Shown: positions 8,294-17,102 of the stretch, in pieces
How the letters are laid out: each line of letters starts with the position of its first letter
Position numbering within the stretch: the stretch's first letter is position 1
Assembly (NCBI GenBank): GCA_018813815.1
Contig: JAHJAY010000026.1
Coordinates: 1-63,201 of the forward strand
Direction of reading: 5' to 3'
DNA length: 63,201 nt
Source of the DNA: Patescibacteria group bacterium
GTDB taxonomy: Bacteria > Patescibacteriota > Microgenomatia > UBA1400 > JAHJAY01
The notes under the pieces: generated by a model
The model's database searches: none
Told to the model about the DNA's origin: nothing
Seen by the model: only the letters and a program-made list of their open reading frames with translations
Position numbers and translations under genes: made by a program

Positions 8294-9253
8294 ATGATTA
8301 AACAAAAAAAAGCCCTAATTACCGGTATTACCGGCCAGGACGGTTCTTATCTGGCTGAGTTTTTGTTGGCAAAAAACTATCAAGTTTATGGTCTGGTCCG
8401 GAGAACCAGTATTCCCAGCTATGAGAGAATAAAAGACATTAAAGATAAAATCAAGTTGATTTCCGGTGATTTGACTGATCAACATTCTTTAACTTATGCA
8501 GTTAGGCAAGTTCAACCCGATGAAGTTTATAATTTGGCGGCTCAAAGTTTTGTTCATACTTCTTTTGACCAGCCGGTGTTAACCGGTGCAGTGACGGCTT
8601 TGGGAGTAGCCAGGGTGTTAGAGGCAGTCCGTTTAGCTAGCCCTAAGGCTAAGTTTTATCAAGCTTCTTCTTCAGAAATGTTTGGCCGGGTAAGACAAAA
8701 ACCCCAGAACGAAGCCACCCCTTTTTATCCCCGCAGTCCTTATGGTGTAGCTAAGGTTTATGGCCACTGGATTACAGTTAACTATCGGGAGTCTTACAAT
8801 ATGTTTGCTGTTTCGGGAATTTTATTTAACCATGAATCGCCCAGGCGGGGTTTGGAGTTTGTGACGCGGAAAATTAGTAATGCAGTTGCCCGGATTAAAC
8901 TTGGCCAGCAAAAAAAACTCTATCTTGGCAACTTGGATTCAAAAAGAGATTGGGGTTATGCGCCGGATTATGTGGAAGCAATGTGGTTGATGCTTCAACA
9001 GGATAAAGCTGAAGATTTTGTCATTGGTACCGGAAAAACCTGGTCAGTGCGCCAGTTTTGCCAAAAGGCTTTTGCGGTTGTTGGGCTTAATTGGCAGGAT
9101 TATGTTGAAGTCAAAAAAGAATTTATGCGCCCGGCAGAAGTGGATTATTTAGTAGCTGATTTTACTAAAGCCAAAAAATTGCTTGGTTGGCAGCCAAAAA
9201 TCGGCTTTGACCAATTAGTTAAAATTATGGTTGAAACTGATTTAAAAACCTAA
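8294..9253 (+). CDS. gmd: GDP-mannose 4,6-dehydratase
   Basis: ALITGITGQDGSYLAEFLL, QASSSEMFG, SPYGVAKVYGHWITVNYRESY, LFNHESPRRG, RDWGYAPDY. These match the canonical GMD motif set. Confidence 0.9.
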   Translation: MIKQKKALITGITGQDGSYLAEFLLAKNYQVYGLVRRTSIPSYERIKDIKDKIKLISGDLTDQHSLTYAVRQVQPDEVYNLAAQSFVHTSFDQPVLTGAVTALGVARVLEAVRLASPKAKFYQASSSEMFGRVRQKPQNEATPFYPRSPYGVAKVYGHWITVNYRESYNMFAVSGILFNHESPRRGLEFVTRKISNAVARIKLGQQKKLYLGNLDSKRDWGYAPDYVEAMWLMLQQDKAEDFVIGTGKTWSVRQFCQKAFAVVGLNWQDYVEVKKEFMRPAEVDYLVADFTKAKKLLGWQPKIGFDQLVKIMVETDLKT

Positions 9254-9266
9254 AAGGAGGCCTAAA

Positions 9267-10379
9267 ATGAAAGCAGTAATTATTATCCCAACATATAATG
9301 AAAAAGAAAATATTGAGCGCACCATTGAGGAGCTGGTTAAAGAGTTGACCAAGATTCCTCAGGGTTATACCGGCCACGTTTTGGTGGTTGACGATACTTC
9401 TCCTGACGGCACAGCTGATTTAGTGCAAAAAAAGATGAAACAATATGACAATGTCCATTTATTAATTAATCCGGACAAAAAAGGTTTAGGAGCCGCTTAT
9501 ATTAAAGGTATAAAATACGCGATTGAGAAATTAAAAGCGGATTTAGTCTTTGAGTTTGATGCTGATGGTTCGCATCAGCCCAAGTATGTACCCGGCATGT
9601 TGGCGGAGATTAAAAATGGGGCGGATGTAGTAGTTGGCAGTCGTTATATTCCCGGCGGTTCAATGCCGGCTGATTGGGGAATTGATCGTAAATTAATTTC
9701 CTATTTAGGTAATTTGATCGCCCGTTCGGTTTTATTGACTTTCCAATATCGGGATATGACTAGCGGTTTTCGGGTGAGTAAAACCAGCTATTTAGCCAAG
9801 ATTGATTTAGACAATTTATTATCCATGCAGTTTGCTTACAAACTACATCTTTATTATGCGCTTCATAAGCTGGGAGCGAAAATTGTTGAGTATCCAATTG
9901 ACTTTATTGATCGGGCCAAGGGCAAAACTAAATTTCCCAAAAATAATATTAAGGATTCTTTGCGGGTAGTTTTTACTCTTAGATTTCGGGAAAGTGAAAA
10001 ATTCATCAAGGTTTGCTTGGTTGGCTTAATTGGTGCGGTTATTCAGTTTTCCTTTTTTAACTTATTAAGGAACTTGTGGTCGCCGGAATATGCTAATGCG
10101 GCGGCAGTCGAGGTGGCGATTGTTTCCAATTTTATAGTTAATAATCTTTGGACTTTTAAAGAGCAGAAAATTAAGAAGGTAAGCAAATTATTAGTCAAAT
10201 TTGCTCAATTTAACCTGGTTTCTTTAGGTTCTTTATTGATCCAGTTTTTAACTATGAAAGCCGGTGTGGCAATTGTCGGCCGCTCGCTTATTGGCGAAAA
10301 TATTCTGGTGTTTATTGGTATCATTATTGGTTTAGGCTGGAATTACACGATGTATACCAAATTGGTTTGGAAGAAGTAA
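9267..10379 (+). CDS. GT2 polyprenyl-phosphate-mannose-synthase-like enzyme fused to a C-terminal GtrA-like 4-TM domain
   Basis: IIIPTYNEKENIE, VVDDTSPDGT and FDADGSHQP (Dpm1-like). The C-terminal roughly 120 aa is hydrophobic with NFIVNNLWTFK and WNYTMYTKLVW (GtrA-like). AGGAGG at 9255-9260. Confidence 0.82.
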   Translation: MKAVIIIPTYNEKENIERTIEELVKELTKIPQGYTGHVLVVDDTSPDGTADLVQKKMKQYDNVHLLINPDKKGLGAAYIKGIKYAIEKLKADLVFEFDADGSHQPKYVPGMLAEIKNGADVVVGSRYIPGGSMPADWGIDRKLISYLGNLIARSVLLTFQYRDMTSGFRVSKTSYLAKIDLDNLLSMQFAYKLHLYYALHKLGAKIVEYPIDFIDRAKGKTKFPKNNIKDSLRVVFTLRFRESEKFIKVCLVGLIGAVIQFSFFNLLRNLWSPEYANAAAVEVAIVSNFIVNNLWTFKEQKIKKVSKLLVKFAQFNLVSLGSLLIQFLTMKAGVAIVGRSLIGENILVFIGIIIGLGWNYTMYTKLVWKK

Positions 10380-10398
10380 TAATTATTTTGTTTAGAGT

Positions 10399-12552
10399 AT
10401 GAAACAGCTTGATCAGCTCTCGGTTTTTCTCCCGGCTTATAACGAGGAGAAAAATATTGAGGCAACAATTCTGAATGTGTTGGAAACCTTGAAACAGGTG
10501 AGCCGGCTTTATGAAATTATTGTTGTTGATGATGGTTCAACTGATGCCACTGTCCAACGGGTGCTTCAATTAAGAAAAAAAATTAGCGTTCTCCGCTTGC
10601 TTAAGCATAAAACCAATCAAGGATATGGAGCGGCGATTAAAACCGGTTTAAAAGCCTGTCGTTATCAATGGATAACTTATATTGATTCTGACGGTCAATT
10701 TGATTTTTCGGAAATTACCAAACTTCTTAAGCTAAAAAATTCTGCTGATTTAATTATTGGTTATCGCCGCCGGCGATCCGATAGCGGCTATCGCCGAATT
10801 TTACAGAAAATTCTGCGCCTGGTCGGTTTGTCGCTTTTTGGTATTAATGTCAAAGATGTTGACTGTGGTTTTAAATTAATCAAGAAAAAAGTTATTAAAG
10901 CCATTTTTCCTTTGGTAACTAATAGCGCGATTACTGAAACCGAACTGATAGTTCGGAGTGATCGGGCCGGATTTAAGATTAAACAAGTGGCGGTTAATCA
11001 TCATTTGCGCGTCGAGGGCGAGCAGACAGGGGGAAAATTAAAAGTTATTTGGCGGGCGGCTCAAGAGGGGATTAAGCTTTGGTGGTTATTGTTAAACAAA
11101 TACCGGGCCTTAATCGGTTTAGCGATTGCCGCTTTGGCAATTTTTTTACGCTTTTATAAAATAAGGGATTATTTGATTTTTTTAGGCGATGAGGGTCGTG
11201 ATGTTTTAGTGGTTAAGCGAATGTTGTTTGATCATAAATGGACTTTATTGGGGCCAACAGCTTCAGTAGGCGGTTTTTATTTAGGACCAATTTATTATTA
11301 TTTTATGCTGCCGTTTTTGTGGTTAAGCCGCCTTGATCCGGTTGGGCCGGCGTTGATGGTAGCGATTGTTGGCAGTTTAACCGTTGGTTTGGTTTATTTA
11401 GTCGGCCGCCGGCTTAGCGAGTTTACCGGGGTGCTGGCCGCGCTTTTTTACGCCGCCGCACCTTTAATAGTTAATTATTCGCGCAGTTCTTGGAATCCGA
11501 ATTTAGTGCCTTTCTTTTCTTTAATGATCATTTATCTTTTAAACAAAGCTGTGCGTCAGAAAAAAACCGCTTGGTGGCTTTGGGCGGGCGTTTGCTTGGG
11601 AATTAGTTGGCAGCTTCATTACTTGACCTTGATTCTTCTGCCTTTGATTATATTTGCCGGTGTATGGTTGATGCCGCGCCGGTTATGGCTTAAGGCCGGT
11701 GTAAACTGTTTATTGGGAACATTGCTGGCGTTTTCACCTTACTTGTTTTTTGAATTGAGGCATGGTTTTCCTAACAGCCGGACCATTTTTCGTTTTATTA
11801 CGCAAGAGAGCGGGGCAATTGACTGGCGCGCTGATTTTACTGACATTTTTTTAAGAAACAGTTATCGGTTATTAAGAGAAATGTTTTTAGTTCAGTCAGA
11901 CAAAATATTGAAATTAATGACGTTGTTGGCCGGACTGACTGCTTGGGGATTAAGAAAAAAAGCCAGTTTGCTCAGTCTTTGGCTTGTGGGTGGTTTGCTG
12001 ATTTTGGCTTTTTACCGCGGAGCGGTTTATGATTATTATTTTGGTTGGTTGTTTCCGGTGGTGATTATTTTAGCCGCCAGTTTTGTAAACTGGTTTTGGC
12101 AGCGGGGCAGGTTGCTTAAAGCATTGGCTTTAGTTTTAATCGTGGTGATTCTCAATAATTTTTATCAGGGAATGTATTGGCATCAACGGCCGAGCAAAAT
12201 GATTGATCAGGCCGAAGAATTAGCGGCTTTCGTGCTTGATAAAACTAGAGGCGAAGCCTTTAATTTTGCTTTAATTAGCGGCCATAATAGCGATCATGCT
12301 TATCGTTATTTTTTTGAAATTTGGAATCAGCCGCCTTTAGGGTTGGAAGAGCAGGTGGTTCAGCAGTTAATGGTGATTTGCGAAATGGCCGAGTGTCAGC
12401 CTTTGGGACATCCTTTATGGGAAATAGCCGGTTTTGGCCGGGCCGAGATTAGTGGTTCTTGGACTGTTGGTCCTGAATTTAAAATTTATCGTTTAGTCCA
12501 TCATACTGATTCAGTGGAATTGATTGGTCAGCCGGCCATTCAAGGGGGTTAA
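10399..12552 (+). CDS. fusion protein: N-terminal GT2 (polyprenyl-phosphate sugar synthase-like) + C-terminal polytopic GT-C-like domain (series E)
   Basis: N-terminus: VFLPAYNEEKNIE, IIVVDDGSTDAT, DSDGQFD. From about aa 235: multi-TM domain with first-loop FLGDEGRDVLVVKRM and GGFYLGPIYYYFMLP, paralogous to ORF 35398-36783. Confidence 0.8.
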   Translation: MKQLDQLSVFLPAYNEEKNIEATILNVLETLKQVSRLYEIIVVDDGSTDATVQRVLQLRKKISVLRLLKHKTNQGYGAAIKTGLKACRYQWITYIDSDGQFDFSEITKLLKLKNSADLIIGYRRRRSDSGYRRILQKILRLVGLSLFGINVKDVDCGFKLIKKKVIKAIFPLVTNSAITETELIVRSDRAGFKIKQVAVNHHLRVEGEQTGGKLKVIWRAAQEGIKLWWLLLNKYRALIGLAIAALAIFLRFYKIRDYLIFLGDEGRDVLVVKRMLFDHKWTLLGPTASVGGFYLGPIYYYFMLPFLWLSRLDPVGPALMVAIVGSLTVGLVYLVGRRLSEFTGVLAALFYAAAPLIVNYSRSSWNPNLVPFFSLMIIYLLNKAVRQKKTAWWLWAGVCLGISWQLHYLTLILLPLIIFAGVWLMPRRLWLKAGVNCLLGTLLAFSPYLFFELRHGFPNSRTIFRFITQESGAIDWRADFTDIFLRNSYRLLREMFLVQSDKILKLMTLLAGLTAWGLRKKASLLSLWLVGGLLILAFYRGAVYDYYFGWLFPVVIILAASFVNWFWQRGRLLKALALVLIVVILNNFYQGMYWHQRPSKMIDQAEELAAFVLDKTRGEAFNFALISGHNSDHAYRYFFEIWNQPPLGLEEQVVQQLMVICEMAECQPLGHPLWEIAGFGRAEISGSWTVGPEFKIYRLVHHTDSVELIGQPAIQGG

Positions 12553-13305
12553 ATGAAAAAAGTTTTTTTGTCGGTGATTATTCCGGCCTACAATGAAGAA
12601 GGCAACTTGAGTGACAATCGTTTTGTCCAAATGTTAAATTGGTTAAAAAAACAGCCTTTTTCCCAAGAAGTAATTATAGTTGATGATGGCAGCACTGATC
12701 AAACCGCCAAGTTGGTAGCTGAGCTCATTCAGCCATTTAAATTTGCCCGCTTAATTCGCAACCGTCATCATGGCAAGCCATATACGGTTAAACGCGGTAT
12801 TTTAGAATCTTGCGGTCAACTGGTTTTATTTAGTGATTTTGATCAGGCAACACCTATTAGCGAAGTTAAAAAACTGATTAAAAAAGCCCGGAGCGGTTTT
12901 GATGTGGTGATTGGTTCTCGGGAGATTAGCGGCGCTAAACGGGAAAAAGAGCCGGGTTATCGTCACCTGATGGGGCTGGTATTTAATTTTTTAGTTAGGC
13001 TGGTTGTATTTGAAGATTTTACCGATACTCAGTGCGGTTTTAAGTTATTCAGTCAGGCAAGCTCCCGGGCAATTTTCAAACGGCTTTATCACTATGATAA
13101 GCATAAACCCAAACATGCTTTAGTCGGCGCTTTTGATGTTGAGGTCTTATATTTGGCTAAGAAGCTGGGTTATAAAATTGCCGAAGTGCCGGTTAATTGG
13201 CGGCATTATAAAACAAAACGGATTAATCCGCTGCGCGACTCAATTAGCATGACCTTGGAAGTCTTGGCAATTCGTTTTCGCGATGCCTTAGGTGACTATG
13301 ACTAA
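12553..13305 (+). CDS. GT2, dolichyl/polyprenyl-phosphate beta-glucosyltransferase (Alg5)-like
   Basis: SVIIPAYNEEGNL, IIVDDGSTDQT, FSDFDQATP, TQCGFKLF, FDVEVLYLAKKLGY. Confidence 0.78.
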   Translation: MKKVFLSVIIPAYNEEGNLSDNRFVQMLNWLKKQPFSQEVIIVDDGSTDQTAKLVAELIQPFKFARLIRNRHHGKPYTVKRGILESCGQLVLFSDFDQATPISEVKKLIKKARSGFDVVIGSREISGAKREKEPGYRHLMGLVFNFLVRLVVFEDFTDTQCGFKLFSQASSRAIFKRLYHYDKHKPKHALVGAFDVEVLYLAKKLGYKIAEVPVNWRHYKTKRINPLRDSISMTLEVLAIRFRDALGDYD

Positions 13306-14437
13306 AAAATTAACTCTTGCCTACCTGATTTTATTATTGTTATTAGGCCTTTTTTCTTACACCCAAATTGATCTTAATTTAACCTTATCCGCCTGGCCGC
13401 CCTATCAGGCAGTTCAGCAGCAACTGATTCAACTTGGCTATTTTCACCGCCCCTTAAATGCTCTAATTTATTTTAGTATTTATTTACTACTTACTATTTA
13501 CTACTTACTATTTGTTAATTTAGCTTCTCGGGGCAGGTTGACTTTAAGGGCAATTAAAACTCTAATCGGTTTAACCGGGGCGATTTTACTCCCTGCTTAT
13601 CCGGCTTTTTCTCATGATTTATTTAACTATATTTTTGATGTCAAAATTTTACTGATTTATCATCAGAATCCTTTTAAATATAGACCTTTAGATTTTCCCG
13701 ATGATTTATGGACTCGGTTTATGCATTGGACACACCGAACTTTTCCTTACGCGCCTTTTTGGCTGGTGCTTTGCGCGCCTTTTTTAGTTCTTGGGTTTGG
13801 CAAGTTTATTTTAACTTTTTTTAACTTTAAACTATTGGCGCTTTTAGGATATTGGGCTTCAACTGTTTTGATTTATAAAATTAGTCAAAAACTTAAACTA
13901 AGCAAGCCGTTATTGCCGGTGGTTTTATGGAGCTTTAATCCGCTGGTGATTTTTGAGGGTTTAATAGCCGGCCATCTTGATCTTCATATGGCGGTTTTTA
14001 GTTTGGCTGGTTTATGGTTTTTACTGTCATCACGCCGGCTCTTAGCTGGTTTGTTTTGGCTTTTAGCTGCCGGGATTAAATTTGTGCCGCTGATTTTTTT
14101 ACCTGCTTTGGCGGTAAAGCTAAAACCCTTTAAATTAATAAAATTACTGTCTTTATTGTCTTTGTTGTTTTTACTGGGTTATTCGATCTATAAAGAACCT
14201 CAGCCCTGGTATTGGTTACTGCCTTTGAGCCTGACAATTTTCCTGCCTCGAACTGACTTTTTAAAACGTTTTTTGCTTTGTTTATCTTTGCTTCAGCCAT
14301 TAACCTATTTGCCGTTTTTCTATTTAGGTGACTATACCTATCCTGTTAGGCTGGTTAAGTGGGCTAGTTTAGTTTTAGCATTTTTGCCAGTATTAGTTTG
14401 GCAATTAACAGACAGAAAAATCCACTCACGATCGTGA
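13298..14437 (+). CDS. polytopic membrane protein, GT-C candidate (PimE/DUF2029-like)
   Basis: Roughly 10 TM segments. SHDLFNYIFD, NPFKY and NPLVIFEGLIAGHLDL motifs. ATG 13298 preferred over GTG 13292. Confidence 0.55.
   Translation: MTKKLTLAYLILLLLLGLFSYTQIDLNLTLSAWPPYQAVQQQLIQLGYFHRPLNALIYFSIYLLLTIYYLLFVNLASRGRLTLRAIKTLIGLTGAILLPAYPAFSHDLFNYIFDVKILLIYHQNPFKYRPLDFPDDLWTRFMHWTHRTFPYAPFWLVLCAPFLVLGFGKFILTFFNFKLLALLGYWASTVLIYKISQKLKLSKPLLPVVLWSFNPLVIFEGLIAGHLDLHMAVFSLAGLWFLLSSRRLLAGLFWLLAAGIKFVPLIFLPALAVKLKPFKLIKLLSLLSLLFLLGYSIYKEPQPWYWLLPLSLTIFLPRTDFLKRFLLCLSLLQPLTYLPFFYLGDYTYPVRLVKWASLVLAFLPVLVWQLTDRKIHSRS
13481..13513 (+). repeat. 14-bp tandem repeat (TATTTACTACTTAC x2.4) inside a CDS
   Basis: Two perfect units at 13481-13494 and 13495-13508, plus TATTT, in ORF 13298-14437. 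Confidence 0.85.
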
Positions 14438-14442
14438 GTGGA
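14421..14442. repeat. 22-bp perfect palindrome spanning a stop/start junction
   Basis: tccactcacgaTCGTGAGTGGA. Contains TGA 14435-14437 and GTG 14438-14440. Central CGATCG. Confidence 0.9.
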
Positions 14443-15616
14443 AATGCACATCAGTGAAGCATTTTGTGAAAAAATAATGAAGCAATTTATCCAAAAAAAC
14501 CAGCGACGTTTAGTTATTTTTCTGCTTTTAGTGTTTTTTGGCCATTTAGGTTGGCGGATGTGGCAGTATCGGGTAGATTTTAATACCCCTTGGGATGCGG
14601 ATTATTGGCGCCAGCGCTATGAGCAGTCGCAATGGATAGTGTCTGATTCTAAACAAGGTATTGGTGATGATGCTCTTTATGCTCATGCCGGCTGGCAATA
14701 CCTTCATGGTACTGACCCGACCCTGATTAATCCTGAAGTGCCGCCTTTGGGTAAATATTTAATTGGCTTAAGCTTGCTGGTTTTTAAAAATATGGCCGCT
14801 TTTGGTTTGTTAAGTTTTTTATTGGCGTTTGGGGCTTTTTTCCTGGTTAACCGTTTGTTTTTTCCGCCGGTTTGGGCATTACTGCCTGTGGTTTTGCTTT
14901 CTTTGGAAAAGTTGTTTTATCAGGAAATCAGGGCGCCGTTTCTTGACCTGCTTTATCTGAGTTTTTTTCTGCTCACCAGCTATTTCTTTTTAAAAGCCAG
15001 AAAATTAAGCGATCACCTTTTATCCGGTTTTTTTCTCGGCTGTTTTGTGGCTACTAAATTTTCCCTTGGCGGTTTATTAGTAGTAATGACTCAGGTAGTT
15101 TATTTAATTTGGCAAAAAAGAAGCCGGTTAATTTACTGGTTAGCGTCTTTATTGGTGTCAGCCGGTGTTTTTTTCCTAAGTTATTTTAAATATTTACAAA
15201 ATGGTCACAGCTTGTTGGATGTGTTGCGGGTTCAAAAATGGATTTGGCATTTTTATGCTATTAGTCAGGCGAAAAGCGGACCGTTGGCGGTTTTCCGGTT
15301 ATTGTTATTAAATCAATGGCCGGTTTGGTGGCAAGCTGAGCCAATTAAAACCAAGGTTTGGTTTTGGAGCTGGCCGGTTTTCTTAGTCATTCCCTTTGTT
15401 TCTATTATTTGGCTTTTCCGGCGTCGAAAAAAAAGTCTGACTCAGACTGAACGAGGCTTGGTTTTTTTAACTTTTTGGCTGTTGGGTTATTTAATTTTCT
15501 TAATGTTTACTCCGGTTTGGCCGCGTTATTTGCTCTTGTATTTTCCTCCGGCTTTTACTAGTCTGTTTCTTTTGCTAAAATTAAAGGGTGGATCACAAAC
15601 AAAAAGAAAAACTTAA
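14438..15616 (+). CDS. polytopic membrane protein, PMT/GT39-like GT-C candidate
   Basis: First-loop GIGDDALYAHAGWQYL followed by NPEVPPLGKYLIGL (PMT-like DE/HPPLgK pattern). GTG start abuts the upstream TGA inside a 22-bp palindrome; alternative ATG at 14444. Confidence 0.6.
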   Translation: MEMHISEAFCEKIMKQFIQKNQRRLVIFLLLVFFGHLGWRMWQYRVDFNTPWDADYWRQRYEQSQWIVSDSKQGIGDDALYAHAGWQYLHGTDPTLINPEVPPLGKYLIGLSLLVFKNMAAFGLLSFLLAFGAFFLVNRLFFPPVWALLPVVLLSLEKLFYQEIRAPFLDLLYLSFFLLTSYFFLKARKLSDHLLSGFFLGCFVATKFSLGGLLVVMTQVVYLIWQKRSRLIYWLASLLVSAGVFFLSYFKYLQNGHSLLDVLRVQKWIWHFYAISQAKSGPLAVFRLLLLNQWPVWWQAEPIKTKVWFWSWPVFLVIPFVSIIWLFRRRKKSLTQTERGLVFLTFWLLGYLIFLMFTPVWPRYLLLYFPPAFTSLFLLLKLKGGSQTKRKT

Positions 15617-17102
15617 AAGTTGGCTTCCTTGGTTTGGTGCTGGTTTATTGCTGTTTTTAGTCAGCCGGTTGATTAATTTAACTCTGATTCCTATTTTTAC
15701 TGACGAAGCGATTTATGTTCGTTGGGGTCAGATTGCTTTACGTGATGCCGCTCAACGCTACATTTCTTTAACTGACGGCAAACAGCCATTATTGATCTGG
15801 TTGTTTATTCTTTTTCAACATTTACCGTTTGATGTGCTTTTTTCTTCCCGTTTAGTTTCTGTTAGCGCTGGTTTGTTTTCTTTTATATTAATTGGTGTAA
15901 TCAGCTGGTGGTTGTGGAGGGATAAGCGCCGGGCAATTTTAACCAGCCTGCTGTATTTAATTATTCCCTTTTTCTTATTTTTCGATCGTTTAGCTATTTA
16001 TGATAGTTTATTGGCGGCCACAATGATGCTTTGTTTGTTTTTAACCTTTCTTTTGGTTCAAACCTTACGTCTTGATGTGGCTTTTTTGTTTGGCGTTGCT
16101 ATTGGTTTGGCCCGGTTAACTAAATCATCAGGGCTTTTTGCTGTTTATCTTTTTCCTGCGAGTTTAATATTGCTTAACTGGCCCAAAAAATCTCAAGATC
16201 GACTGCGGCTGGTGATTCGTTGGTTAGGCCTGGCCGCGATTGCAGTAGTAATTTCTGAGGCGATGAACACCATTCTTCGGCTTTCACCCTTTTATCACAT
16301 TATTGGTTTAAAAAATCAAACTTTTATTGTTAGCTTAGCTGAATTTATTAAAGATCCCTTGATCCGTTTTTGGGGCAATTTGCGCGGTTTAAGCGATTGG
16401 CTATTGGGTTTTATGACTTGGCCGGTGATAGTGGCGATTATTGCCTCGCTTTTAAACGCTAAAAAACACTTCCGGCAAAAGCTGTTTTTGTTTACTTGGT
16501 TTATTGGTCCCTTTATGGCCATAGCTTTGTTTGGTAAAGTGATTTACCCGCGATTTATAGTTTTCATGGCTTTAGCTTTATTGCCTTTAGCCGCTGACGG
16601 GGCGGTTAGCGTGTTTGATTATTTGAAAAAGAAAACCAAGCGATATAAGGTTAGCTATTTGCTATTAGCCGTGTTAATTATTCCTTTAACTATTGATCTT
16701 AAGCTTCTTTTTAAACCCGCTTTGGCCAACATTCCCGCAACATCTAAAAACCAATACATCAGTTCCTGGCCGGCCGGCGGCGGAGTTAAAGAGGTGGTTG
16801 ATTTTCTCCGGCAAAAAGCCGAGACTGGTCCGGTTTTTGTAGCCACTGAGGGTACTTTTGGCTTAATGCCTTTTGCTTTGGAAATATATTTACAAACTGA
16901 ACCCCGGGTTGAGGTTCGCGGTTATTGGCCGGTAGGAGAAGTTCCTGAAGAAGTTTTGATAATTGCTCAAGAAAAACCGGCTTATTTTGTTTTTTATCAG
17001 CAAAAACAGCCGCCCCCGCCGAATTGGCCCTTGGAGCTGGTGGCAGAATATCCGAAAAATGAGGAACCTTATGCTTTGAGGCTTTATAAGGTAGTGCCGT
17101 GA
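15588..17102 (+). CDS. ArnT/PMT_2-like GT-C glycosyltransferase candidate
   Basis: Multi-TM protein with first-loop PIFTDEAIYVRWGQ. C-terminal soluble domain of about 120 aa. Start (GTG 15588) uncertain. Confidence 0.68.
   Translation: MDHKQKEKLKSWLPWFGAGLLLFLVSRLINLTLIPIFTDEAIYVRWGQIALRDAAQRYISLTDGKQPLLIWLFILFQHLPFDVLFSSRLVSVSAGLFSFILIGVISWWLWRDKRRAILTSLLYLIIPFFLFFDRLAIYDSLLAATMMLCLFLTFLLVQTLRLDVAFLFGVAIGLARLTKSSGLFAVYLFPASLILLNWPKKSQDRLRLVIRWLGLAAIAVVISEAMNTILRLSPFYHIIGLKNQTFIVSLAEFIKDPLIRFWGNLRGLSDWLLGFMTWPVIVAIIASLLNAKKHFRQKLFLFTWFIGPFMAIALFGKVIYPRFIVFMALALLPLAADGAVSVFDYLKKKTKRYKVSYLLLAVLIIPLTIDLKLLFKPALANIPATSKNQYISSWPAGGGVKEVVDFLRQKAETGPVFVATEGTFGLMPFALEIYLQTEPRVEVRGYWPVGEVPEEVLIIAQEKPAYFVFYQQKQPPPPNWPLELVAEYPKNEEPYALRLYKVVP

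Noticed and set aside
10763-10792. Two adjacent odd palindromes (ATCGCCGcCGGCGAT and GATAGCgGCTATC) in the GT2 part of ORF 10399.
   Set aside because: The arms are only 6-7 bp and arise from an Arg-rich YRRRRSDSGYRR coding stretch. That is not enough to call a structured element.
16769-16778. 8-10-bp GC-rich palindromes (GCCGGCCGGC 16769-16778, CGGCGCGCCG 43333-43342, GCGATCGC at about 39300 and 44481) as restriction-modification-related or regulatory sites.
   Set aside because: They are short and explained by Pro/Ala/Gly/Arg codons. I kept them only as supporting context for the two long palindromes.
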